A DNA stretch of 61,525 nucleotides, the filler included, from Sphacelaria rigidula (Eukaryota), in NCBI GenBank assembly GCA_964200075.2. It is 5 parts of 5 records of this genome, joined end to end, with 100 filler letters (N's around TTAATTAATTAA, not from the genome) between each part and the next. Parts side by side here need not be neighbours in the genome. Positions count along the whole stretch, not along the records: positions 36,980 to 49,202 come from CAXNAA020003988.1; positions 49,303 to 61,525 come from CAXNAA020003989.1; 3 more parts are not named here. One strand, 5' to 3'. This document shows, piece after piece, positions 39,426 through 59,496 of this stretch. The notes under the pieces are model-generated. The model did not search any database, had not been told where the DNA came from, and was given only the letters and a program-made list of their open reading frames with translations. Both the position numbers and the translations under genes were made by a program. Position 1 is the first letter of the stretch; the number at the start of each line of letters is the position of its first letter.

Positions 39426-39782
39426 CCGGTCACCCCGGTGGCTCAGTTGGTAACCTCGGAACCTTCTGACGGTTGGTTCGTGGGTTTAAATCTCGGAGCG
39501 ATCTGGGATTTTTTCTCGCACCATGCCCAACAGTGGAGAGCGACTATGTCGTGGGTACACAAAACTCGACTTGACGGTCAAGGAGAGAAAGGGACCGCCA
39601 AACCCCTCTCGCGATGAAAAACAAAGGCAAGCACTGCAGAAGGAAGGTGGGGGCCAAAAAAACAAACAAAAAAGAAAAAGCTCCTGTGTTGGCCTTACTC
39701 CTGTGTGACCCCGGCTGAAGCGCCCACACATACCGCAAGGTGTAGACCGGCGTCCAGAACAGATGGGACGACAACGCACAGT
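39426..39782 (+). mobile_element. tRNA-derived SINE, family 1 (~360 bp)
   Basis: Head with A-box TGGCTCAGTTGG and degenerate B-box GGTTTAAATCT; body shared with other copies in the window; CA-rich tail. Confidence 0.85.
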
Positions 39783-40042
39783 GCTTGAACCATGCAGCCG
39801 AACGGCCGAAAAAAAAGTCGGCCCCAACATGGGCGTATTTCACGGCTTTCCCACGGGAAAAAAAGTGTCGAGAACCATTGTCGCTTTTGCGTTGCGGCCA
39901 CCAACCGATATCTCGGCGCCCCGTTTGCGAGGTGGGGGTGTGCTGGAGGGCGATTTCATTGTTAGAATGGTGTAGTGGGCAGGTAGGGTACTGAATTTGG
40001 ACGCTTTTAAAACGTTTTGGAGAATTCTCCAAGACATTCTCT

Positions 40043-40402
40043 GCCGGTCGCCCCGGTGGCTCAGTTGATAACCTCGAAACCTTCTGACGGTTGCATCGTG
40101 GGTTCAACTCTCGGAGCGATCTGGGATTTTTTCTCGCACCATGCCCAAGAGTGGAGAGGCTATGTCGTGGGTACACAAAATTCGACTTGACGGTCGACGA
40201 GAGAAAGGGACCGCTAAACCCCTCTCGCGATAAAATACAAATGCAAGCACCGCAGGACGAAGGTGGGGGCCCAAAAACAAACAAAAAAGAAAAAAATTCT
40301 GTGTTGGCCTTACTCCTGTGTGACCCCAGCTGGTGCGCCCACATATACCGAAAGGTGTGGGCCGGCGCCCAGAATAGATGGGACGGCAACACAACAACAA
40401 CA
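40043..40402 (+). mobile_element. tRNA-derived SINE, family 1
   Basis: Full-length similarity to 39426-39782; B-box GGTTCAACTCT; (CAA)n tail. Confidence 0.85.
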
Positions 40403-40758
40403 CATTACCAAAAAACGTTCTCGAAAAACATTTTCAAAATAGGCCAAAATGGGGTATACTTTAACCCATTCTAGGTGAAGGAATAGAACCCCGTTCTTTT
40501 TCTCTAGCTTCGTCTTCGTTTCATCTTTCTCACGAACCCGACTATACTATCCTCACTCCTGACACGGCTGTACCCCGACGACGTATTGCCCATAGGTACC
40601 CTAACTTATGAGACAGAGGAAGTATGTCACGTCCGCATAGTCGCCGCGCCCCGACGATTCATAAATGAACGCCGCTACTGTACTACTTACTGAAGGTCGG
40701 ATAAGAAGCGGATTCGATTCCCATCAAGTAGATGCGTCTGGTTTGACTTTTCCCTCAG

Positions 40759-43711
40759 GTGCACAACATCTCTCTGATTTTCGTGTTTGAAAACGCGACG
40801 ACGTGAGTAGAAACAGTGAGGAGTCTGTTTGGCCGACTTTGTTAGACGAGAGTCGACGCGGTGTGGGAATGCTGTTCCAACCCACGATACTAAAATGTAA
40901 GCTATGTACCTGTGTACGGGGGGAAATGGTTCGAGACCGCGGAGTCGTCCCGAGGAAGGGAAGGGGAAGGGTTGGATGTGACACGAGAAAAGCGAAGTGA
41001 AGACGACCTAAGCCTGAAGAAGCGTGTATGCATGCGTTCGTGTCAACAGTGTAATGTAACACCCCCTCAAGCTATACGGTCCTCCGTCATGCGCTTCCTC
41101 CAATCGAATCGAATTCCTCAGCAGGTATCTCCGACAGGTGGTGAGCGCACTGCGCTTCGTCCACTTCCACGGATTCGTGCACGCCAATGTCAAGCCGGAG
41201 AACATCCTGGTGAACCTTGTCGAGGAGAAGGCCATGCTTGCCGACTTCAGCATGTGCCGAGGTAGTGCAGGCGTGGTTCGGCGTGTTTATTTGTACCGGG
41301 GTGTATCGCTTGTCGTAGGTCGCTGTGTATCTCGATGATTGAATAGATTCGATTGACTGTCGCTCATTACCGTAGGTATTCCAAAACGAATTCGACCGAG
41401 GTCATTATCCACAAAATAGACGCCCCCAAGGTGAACAAACAGAAAAACTTTCTGAGGAAACCCCGAGAAAGGGTAAAGGCGGAAAAGAAAGGAGAGGACA
41501 AACACAATCAAGTGAACGCGGGAAGAGTAGAAATAAGGGAAGAGAAAGGCCCGAAACAGTCGTGAAGGTGGGTCCGTTTCTCGCCCAGCTGTCTTCTTTC
41601 TCACTTCCCTCATCTCGGCGAAGAATATATGTATATTTTTCCCCCCTCGGAAGGATTCTCAATACACAATGTGTATATGTATATAACTTCAAGATATAGG
41701 AAGCAAGACCGATCGGAGATGCTCCCACAGTTGATGAGTCTTCGTGTAAAAAGGAGGAAGTGAGCACATAGCGTACAGTAGGCTCAAGGCCGTCAAATTG
41801 TGCGGTTTCACGTCAAACAAGTCAAGTACTCGTATCCGTCGCCACGGATTTGACGCCCGTACGGTAGGTACGGCAGAACAGAAGGAAGGACCCTTTTATT
41901 GCACACCACTAACACGGTTTTTCATCCTCGCCGGACACAGCGTCCTGTTCGGTGCGAGGTCCTTACACTGTATCCGAGTAGTCAAGTGTGGTGCGCCCAC
42001 ATATACCGAAAGGTGTAGGCCGACGTCCAGAATAAATAGGATGGTACCACAGCAACACACACGGTGACAACGTGATTTGCCGTATCCATGAAATGCAATA
42101 TACCACAACAGTAGATATCAGACCGACCGCTTACATGGTGGACATGCGTCGATAAGCTGAAAATATTGGAGCGGGCTCGTATCTGGGTTACCGAGGAGCC
42201 ACAGCCGAAAACAGCCGCGTGCGGGTGGGGGCAGGGTGGGAGGGGAGGGGAGGGTTCTCATGATCTTGCATGCCGTAGTCATATGGCCGTTGATCTCGCA
42301 TCCCTACAAAGCCGGGACGGAGCACGCCGGCTTTCCGCCGGACCAGGCTTGCAATCAATCACCAAGCGCGAAGCGCCGTGATGTGTTAGGCGAGTCGCAT
42401 GCAGGGTGAGCTGCATCCTGCCCAGATTGTTCGGCCCGAAGCCTACTGATTATCTTGCATTCGCACGACAGCCTACAATGAGTTGCTTTTTTGCCTGGTA
42501 CCGCCGCTTCCAGAAACAGCCACATGATACACACTGCCTCATAGGTGTCGCATCATCTGAAAACTGCGTAGCATAAGCATCCCCTTTGTACGGAATTGAT
42601 ATTCTACCGCTCACCCCGCACAATACGATCAAGCTCGACCACCTTGATGGCTGCCACGAAACAAAACGCAAGCACCCGAAAAACACTCGGTAACCTGGTT
42701 GCCTAGCGTACGCAGTGAGTGGCGTGTTTTACAGCGTAATTGCCGACCGACGCCAACCCCATTGAGGGGGGGAGCCTACGCCTGTTACTGTGCTGTTAGA
42801 GAGTTGTGAATAACCCGAATACGCCTTGTGAGCGTAAATTCAAATTCACCCAGGGTGTATCTTTACATGTCATTTGCCAAAGCCGAGGTATTTGGCCACA
42901 CGAAAGAATCACAACGTTCAAGAACAAAAGCTGATTTCAAAACCGTTGGAGAAAATATCAACTTCACCGTCCGATACGGTACTGGGTGAAAATGCTGGAC
43001 CAGGTAGGTGGCAAGCTTTCCCGAATCACTGCTCGTTCACAAACACGTGGTCCGCATGGAGTTTAGCTAAAGATGGACGCTATACCACGTCCACGTTGCA
43101 AAAAACTACGATAGTCTCTGGGTTGTCACGTTCACACCGCAAGACCTTGAGAAGCTTGAAATACGACACTGCATCACATGAGGACGTTTGCGTGAACTGT
43201 CTTGGTACTTTTTGATCGATTTTGAATGATTGTTGCACTTTAACCGACCCCCCCAGGGGTCCAGCCGCGGTCTCATGATAGACGTACCCAAGAAAAACGA
43301 AACTGAAAAATGCTCTGAAGAAAAGAAGGAATATGAAGAAAACGAATATCGAAAAGAACGGCATAGCAGACCAAGTCGTAACATAGAACAAAAGTGGTAC
43401 ATGATACTAGTATTATTTGTTCGCGTAGAGCTCGTTCATGGACAACGTTCCTCATCCTTTCTCCCTTCTCGCGTCAATACTGGTCCTCCTTTTACTACTT
43501 TCCGCTACCAACATGACCAACAGAGGTAGGACGCGACTGTGTAGGCGGGTTATGTTCATACACGTCGGCGGATCTTTTCGGATTCAAGGCCGCAGATGAA
43601 GCGAAGGCCGACGCCAGGGGGACTCTCGACTTCAAAGCTGATGCATTTGCCGTGGGTGTGATCGCCCAGCAGCTCTTGGCTGGTTCGCCCGTACCCGTTA
43701 CCCATCCCGAG
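40759..43711 (+). CDS. Protein-kinase-fold gene with degenerate catalytic motifs (pseudokinase or pseudogene), partial
   Basis: Exon 41125-41261: YLRQVVSALRFVHFHGFVHANVKPENILVNL..AMLADFSMCR (subdomains VIa-VII). In-phase exon 43524-43711: GGLCSYTSADL..DFKADAFAVGVIAQQLLAGSP (VIII-IX). Possible exon 40759-40802 (ISLIFVFEN). Further candidate exons near 44680-44940 and 46698-46799. Confidence 0.7.
41985..42062 (+). mobile_element. SINE family 1 3' fragment
   Basis: TGGTGCGCCCACATATACCGAAAGGTGTAGGCCGACGTCCAGAATA matches 40331-40375. Confidence 0.7.
42222..42690 (-). mobile_element. Longer 5'-truncated subfamily-A LINE copy in the kinase intron
   Basis: G-rich tract on the plus strand, then the subfamily-A terminus, then about 300 nt partly shared with 1-160. 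Confidence 0.75.
43213..43395 (-). mobile_element. Second copy of the (CAAT)n-tailed element
   Basis: Reverse complement matches 18560-18675. Confidence 0.7.
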
Positions 43712-44160
43712 GTTGGTGTATTACACTGCCCCAAGAAGTATACTTCATTAAATAGCATATATAGCGACGAACCAGCAGCAGCGCGGTTCAGGCCAACATT
43801 GACTATGATATATTGGTCAGTAGATGCAGAGAAGGCGAACATTCACCAACACCGATAGTTTGCTCTGTCCCTCTCTACATATTCCCGTGTACATACCGTA
43901 TGCACACTAATGTTTGTTTCTTCCCATTCGCGATAGTTGACCGAAAACTACGGTAAAGTTCCGCAGCAGTGCTAGTTCAATGCTCGAGGAGGGTGTGTCA
44001 GGTGTGTTACCAGAGGGCAGGTGGGATGGGATGATCCCTTGGAAAGGACACACTCTCCTTAGAAGCAGTGACAATCGAAGAGGTCATCAATGCTCGACGT
44101 GTTCTGATTGACGGACAGCAAATAAGTTAATATGTTCTTGCTCTTCCACTGACGAACCTA

Positions 44161-44412
44161 ACCCCGCCCCCCCCTGCGCTCCTTTCCCTCTTTCAGTAGG
44201 GATGCGAGGTCAATAGTCTTGTGGCTACAGCATGCAAAATCATGAGTACCCCCCCTCCCCCCCCCTCCCTGCTCAATGGTCAATGGTCAATGGTCAAACG
44301 ACTAAGGCAAGCAACAAATGAGTACGCCCCCCCGCCCTGCTCCGTCTCGAAAGGGATGCGTGGTCAATAGTCGAACGGCTAAGGCGAGCAACAAAATGAG
44401 TAAGCCCCCCCT
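44161..44412 (+). mobile_element. Stack of three C-tailed termini (A, B, B) separated by C-runs
   Basis: A terminus ~44175-44250, B ~44271-44326 (with a TGGTCAA stutter), B ~44337-44404; each ends ATGAGTA(C/A) plus a C-run. Confidence 0.85.
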
Positions 44413-47002
44413 CGTAGAACAAGTCTTGCAATATCAGTCAGTCACCCCAGACATCGAACACCGGCCCTCCTTGAGCATCCTGCAATACATACGCAGACAC
44501 GGACTTGTCGACAACATCATGTCTGCTCGAGGTCACTTCGTCTCTACATTCTGTCACGCATCCTGCCTACCGAGCATCACAGGAAAACCTACTTCCTGTG
44601 TTGGAGGTCCTCGTCGACTCATGGCCCAACTTCAACTGTGGTCTGCAAGTTGGGATTGGCGAGCGATGCCTATTTTCCTGCAGATAATGAAGATGATCTG
44701 ATTGTCCCCCTTCCCTCGCTTCACGCCCTCGTCCGACCCAAGAACTACCCTCCTACTCATCCGGGATGGTCACTGTTGTCATCAGGTATGGAGGAAGCGA
44801 ATGTCGTACCCCCCGGGGATCGGAGGTCCCTACCTTCGAGAACTCGAGGCGTACGTGGAAGACGTGGGGTATGTGACAAGCGGCAAGGACAAGGAGGATC
44901 GGTTGAAGAAAGCACACGAAGAACGCTCCTCCATTTACGTAAGTTGATACCGATGCAACTTATGGCTGCCGAAATACGAACACTGCAAATTGTATTATTC
45001 AGTCGGTCGTTGTGGCGTGAATACTCTGTATGTTTAGATAGCTATCGTCATCAGATCACCTGTGAGGAGTTGTGGCTTCAGCCGGCGTATGGAAGAGCGG
45101 CAAGACTGACTCCAAAATTGACCAGCCCATCATATCGGGGAATGGGAATGACGGAGGAGTAGCTGCTGTGACTGCATGTATGTGCTATAACACGTATTTG
45201 ACTCTGCAGCGGCGGGCTTCCCACCAAGAACTAGTCAATATTTATTGTTCCGTTTCACTTTTTTAACCTGAGATAGATCTCCCACTGTTGTAATACCTTC
45301 CACGGGTCGGACGAATTACCGCTTCGTCTGGAATTACTTGATTCTAGTCTCATTGATCCGTACCGCATGAATCAATCCCTAGGCTTTGTTTTCAGCGTTA
45401 CGACTTAGGTATCCGCAGCCCAGGCACGGGGAACAAGAGCGCAAAAGGTGCGTGGCATCGAGACCTTTTTGACGAGCGGTCAATTTTCCCCTCTCTTTCG
45501 AGCACCCAGGCCTGAAAAATCGTAGATTCGGTGATTCGAACCGACGATGATTCGTCCGAACCGTGATACCTTCCACCGCATGATGAACGTTTCGCGAATG
45601 GACATTTGCGCATGTGCTCTCTCTATACTCTCTATACACGACCGAACGTTCCGTCTTTCCGAAGCAGCAGCATCTGTGCGCTTGTGTGGGGAGGTAGAAA
45701 CGTAGGAATGGTAGCGTCGTGACCGTGATCCTTCTGCTTCTCTTTATCTCGATACAAGCTTTGCGACAAAAGCAGTGTTTGATATTTAACCGGACTGTGG
45801 AGTTGATGTCTATGCTTGAATACAGCACCAGATCTATCGTTCGATGTGCGGTTGTGGGCTCTTGAATTGAGATCATCCCCCAATGGAACCTGTGTTCACA
45901 GTATGAAAGCTCCCGGGGAAAAATGGTTTCTTGCGTTTCGCTGCTGACATTCCCTCAAAAATATCAAGGGGGGGGGCAGGGGGAGGGGGAGGGGGGGGGT
46001 AACAAGAGGGGGAGGGGTTCTGCATATCATCGAGCCGAAATATGGCCCAGAGCATTGACGTAGATAGGCCGCAAATGGATGTAGATGCTTGTTACAGTAC
46101 ACCACTTGCTCATAAATGACCAACTTTCGTCTGAATAGGGCTACTGTAGTAACAATCTTGTGCCATCATGGGCAAGGGGGCGGGCGCCATACCCTCTCCT
46201 TCATGCATCATCCCGCTGAGGGTACCGCCGGCTCAGTGTGAGCACGATGGTCGCACCCGCCATACCTTTGTTGATGCGTTGTTGTCGTTGACATGCACGT
46301 CATGCTGTGCCTTGCATTTCTTCAAAGGAGGATGTGGATATTGTTTGCTCCAAAGACAGCTCTCCCAAAGCCCGCTCCCCCACCAAATACAGCGAAACAA
46401 ACGCTCAACCGGCGGTCGACTGCAGACTTGGCTTCTTCTACACTTACTGTAGCCACCGATGTAGAAGGGTTCGATTGAATGATTATTCACTATGCCATTG
46501 TGTTGGTCTTACCTCTTCTCGTGTCTTTCGACAACGTCGATGTGTCGTGTACAAAGTTGATGTTGCGTGCTTCGTGCTTAATACTCGACCAAACAATCCA
46601 AAAGAATTGACTTCGATGCACGGGTTTTTATAAGATTGTTATTGTTGCGTCCTCGTCGTCTCTGCCGTTATTGTTGTTGTGCTTGGTTCAATCGCAGTTG
46701 TGGAAGGTACCCATGCAGCTGCGTATGGAAGACCTGGAGACAACCTACTTGTCCCCGACGATGTGGCCCGAGCAGCACGGTCTCCGACACGCGAACGCGG
46801 TGAGTGGTGGTGTGTGTTCCCACGATTGGTATGCGTATCATCACCACAAGAAGTGGCGATGACTTTCTGTTGGATAGTTGGTGTTCGATGGAGTCGATCT
46901 ATGACAGATGTATCGGTTTATGTATATCCTTGTACGTGCACCGGGACAAGCAACTAACGTCCTCAGGAATGATAAGCTGGATCGTAGGTATTTGGCACCT
47001 GC

Positions 47003-47382
47003 CACACATACATACACACACATATATATATATATCGATACACACAGCATATATATATATACTACACACACGCATATATACATATATGTATTCGAAGTAT
47101 TTATTGTTTGTATGGCAGGTGCTTGGACGAGGGAATTTACACATGTTGAAGGTTGATTCATCAATTTCATTATTTTCGACATTGTATGCGTGCACTTAGG
47201 GTACAGGCATAAAGAGGAGGATCACCCCCGGCGAGTAAGGAGCACGGTGCAGGCCAGCTGACTGTACTCCTCGCTACATAGCCACTCTCGACACAATTCT
47301 CTGACTACAAAACCCGTAGATCATATTCTCAGACCGATTACCTCAAGTTTATACAATATATATATATATATATATATATATG
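47003..47382. repeat. TA/CA microsatellite patches
   Basis: Mixed TA/CA at 47003-47090 and pure (TA)n at 47357-47381. Confidence 0.8.
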
Positions 47383-47385
47383 CAC

Positions 47386-47680
47386 GTCACGCCCCGGTGG
47401 TCTAATGGATGCAAACTGAAATCGGTTGAAGTGGAAGATTGCGGGTTCGAATCCCGACACATGCAGGTTATTACTTGAGGATCTGGATCTTTTCCGAGAA
47501 GTATCGAGTTTTCATCGTTGAAAACTTGAGAACGCGAGTAGCAGAGAGACATCATTTGACGACAGTCCACGTGGTGCGGTCGTTATCCTATCCACGATAC
47601 GAACATGTGCAATACGTGTATCGGGGGAGAGATGCTTTGGTCGATTGAGACAGACCACACAGACCACAGGCCACAGACGC
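47386..47680 (+). mobile_element. Second tRNA-derived SINE-like element
   Basis: GCCCCGGTGGTCTAATGG (A-box) and GGTTCGAATCCC (B-box), unrelated body, (CAGACCACA)n-like tail. Single copy in this window. Confidence 0.55.
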
Positions 47681-50600
47681 ATCTCAAGAAAATAGTCGGG
47701 GTTCAACGTGTGACGGATATATACTGGATTGGATATCTTACACTCTCTTTTTGTATCGATATCTTATGTAAAGAAACAGGTAGTGCAAGGGTCTGTCAAA
47801 AATATATTTCGGGACACGTAGCCCTAAGATCGTTTTTTTTTTTTTTTTGGAGGGGGGCATCTAGCCCGCTGTCCCCTAGTTTATTTGCCGAGGCGTTCGC
47901 GCTACGTGTGCAGAGATCTTTGGCATGGAAACCGCTGAGATGACGGACACACCGCCCCTGCTAGCTCATCGCCTGCCATGATTACACCCATAAGATCAGA
48001 TACCGTGTCGTGTGCCTCGACTACCTACCGCTAGTCGCCCGGGCAAATTTAGCGAGGCATGAGATAATGTTGCTACTTTGGGTAAAGGCTGTCGCTACCG
48101 TGAGCTCGTGTGTTGTACATAGATGAGTGTGAGCGTTGCCGGCATCCGAGGTCTTCGGGACAGGGTTGGCATGAAGCAGAAGCAAATATACGAACCTCGC
48201 AAAGCCCACCAGAGTTTTAGGTCTTTGTCCATGTTCATCAATTTCTTTCAACAATTTCAACAAAAACGCACAAAAAAACACAAATCAAAATGTATAAAAC
48301 CATGACCATTTTCGAAAATGTGCTCCGGAACGGCCGGAGGGGGCTCCGCGTCCAAAAATATTCACTCGACGGACCCTTGGGTAGAGATATATTATTATGG
48401 GGTTGTGTATAGTGAATAACACTCCGCGCCCGGTTGTGGCGTCCTTCATGGTACAGTGCAGTAAGTACCCTACCGTTGTGCCTGTTGTCATCGTCGGTGT
48501 ACAGTACCACCACGACCTTGTCCAGCCTCGATCGCCGTCCACTCCTCGCGTGATTTCAGAACAATCGACCCCAATTTCCCCGCTCGAGCCCATCGTAAGC
48601 ACAGAGTACTTGGGTATATTCCAGTGTGGGTGGATACCGATAGATTTTCGGATCTTCAAGGGCCTGATAGTCTGAGTAAAACGGATGTGCGGAAGCGAGA
48701 AGGGTATTCTGATAAACCAAGTGTACACACGCCGTCAGTTTTCCAGCGTTCACGAACGGTAGGAGGATACAGTATTGCACCAACCAGCGCGTGGCCGACG
48801 AGTCACAGCCCGAGCAGAGTTCACATCTCATGACGGTTGTTGTTATTATGCTGACTGAACCCGCACGGTGTGTATACCTACATAAACATATGAGTAAAGT
48901 AAGTTTTCTTGATGTTATGTTTTGGTCATGATTGCACTACACAGGTACGCACTGGCACGTGTTGTAGCCCACCATAGTTAGTCACGTTTCTTCACGTCTC
49001 AAGTTACGGTAGGCAGATAAGGTCATGATGAAAGTCCGTTTATTCGCCGCTGTTCACCGCACGCTCGAACCCTATAGGTAGTGAGCGTTATCAAGGCACT
49101 CATGCACCGAGATCCCGACCTGCGACTCGGGCTGGACGACGTGGAGTGTTTACTCTCTTGCCCCATTCTATGGGAAGACTCCAACACCGAAACCAACGAC
49201 AANNNNNNNNNNNNNNNNNNNNNNNNNNNNNNNNNNNNNNNNNNNNTTAATTAATTAANNNNNNNNNNNNNNNNNNNNNNNNNNNNNNNNNNNNNNNNNN
49301 NNTTCCTCCTCCCTCCTCTTCCCCTCTTGGCTCCCCCCTTCTTGCCACAATTTTCTCAATTTCCCTCCCCCCCCCCCCCCCCCTCCTCCGTTTTCATGTC
49401 ATATTATTTTCCAAGAAAATCATACCACTATTAGTGGACTTCGACCTGATGCATTCGTCATTTGGTCATGCAGTGTGGCCTTGAGCTTGCTCCTCTCTCC
49501 GCATCTGTCACCAGCCCAAGCAGTCCACGTTGACGTTGCTTGGTTATAGCTGCGGGTGAATCGCTGAGCCTTGAAAATGATTTCCCCCCTGTGCCGCAAG
49601 CTGGAGTAGACTTGCGCTATTTGTTGAACTTGACGAGACGCCGAATCGCTCTCTGCGCACGTGCCACAGCACTCGGTGCGACCAATTGGTGAAGAGACGA
49701 ACGCACAGCCAAAAGTCGCTCCGACCACACTTTTTCCCGGCCGTGCTATGCGTTGCGGCACAAAACGTACCGTTACGTACGACAGTTCGCGACGTACAGT
49801 AGACACAGCCGGGTTTCCCGGTTTTCTCCAAAACACACGGAGTCACGATTCCACCAAGTTTCAAGATCGACAACGCAATGCAAACCTAAACGGTCGCATA
49901 ATCTACACCCCTCGAAGTCTGACCTGCGAACGCGCAGCCCAACTTGACCATCATCGCCTATTTTGAGTTTGCGTAAGCAGGTGGTTCGTGTGATTTACTT
50001 CACTCTCGAGGCAGTGATATCGAGGGAGGGGGAAGGGGAAGTGCCCTTATATAAACTCGCATGTGATGTGCAACGATGCACTCGCGAATATGCGTTTCCG
50101 TCTGGGAGAAAAACACTATATTATTGATTCCAAGCGGGGCTTCATTGTCGAGCGGTGATACTCCTGTCCCGCGCGAGTTTACTTCTCTACGGATGATGTA
50201 GGGCACAAGGAGGCGTCATTTGTCTTGGCGCAACATAAGTTTGCAGAAGCGGCTCACGAAGGGTCCTGAAAGTCAAAACGTTGAAAAAGAACAAGAGGAA
50301 GCCTGATAACGCGGCATATGCCCCTTCGCATCCTTGCCTCTCCCCCCGCCTCGTGCCTGATTATGTTGTGGTGTAGCTGTGAGGCTGTCATTGATAACAT
50401 TTGGAAGGCAACGTAAGCTCGAGCGGATTGTGGGAAGCGCCATACCGAAGTACAGTCAAGTGCTACTAGACCTTTTGCCGTTCCTCATTTTGTATATACA
50501 TTATGACTTGATAGTGGAAGAATAATTTTCAGGCGGTCGTTCATCCCTGTTCCGCGGCTAAACTCAGTTTGTAGTGCCAACATTCATTGAGCAACCGCAA

Positions 50601-51345
50601 CGCGATTTCACGTTCAAAATGGGACGTATATCCGATGCTTACTTTTGTCTGGTAAGTCAGGATTGTGCACCTTGTGCCGGGTCCACAGACAGTAAGTACC
50701 ATGCGTCGCCGTCACGCGACGAGGTTGATAGCGGCGCCAAGCATGTGTCTGCAGCTAACTCGAGCTCATCTCGCTTCCCTCGACAGGGTTTTACGACGGT
50801 GACTTTCGTTCAACAGATAGACTTCGTACGGCTTTACTGTTTTGTCCGCCTTTTGATGGACCAAGAAAGCAAAACACCTTAACGCGGTCACCAGAAGCGT
50901 TAGGCCACGCACCGCGATCATTTTGAACTCCGAGCCTTTCTCAAAATATTATATATATATATTGCACAATTTATGGCGATGATTCGATCCATCGAAATGC
51001 AAAAAAAAAATACAGACGTCGAAGTCATCCCAGAGACGCCTGGTACGCATCTGTAGTGCTTTGGGTTTGTGTAGGTCGTTGTTATACATGAATGCCATTG
51101 TGTCCCGTTCGCCCACTGAAGCTTGTAGCCTGGATTGTCACACTCGTGTAGTCTCGAGAACATGGTACCAAAACACGTGACACGCATAAGTTGAAACCAA
51201 GACTCGTGCGCGGGTAGCTTCAGTGCGATGTCTAGGTTCAGAAAAACTTTCTCAAATCCTGATGTTGCTGCTGGTAAATCTACAACTCGCCGCATGTTTG
51301 TCCTCCTGCTTGGACCCACCGTATCGGTGACTTCATGATCAATAG

Positions 51346-59496
<8,151 letters not shown>

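Noticed and set aside
39426-39510. tRNA gene
   Set aside because: A and B boxes are present but there is no acceptor or anticodon stem, and it is fused to a repeated body; it is a SINE head.
12229-49302. Recurrent TTAATTAATTAA motif
   Set aside because: Always centred in N blocks; an artificial scaffolding spacer.
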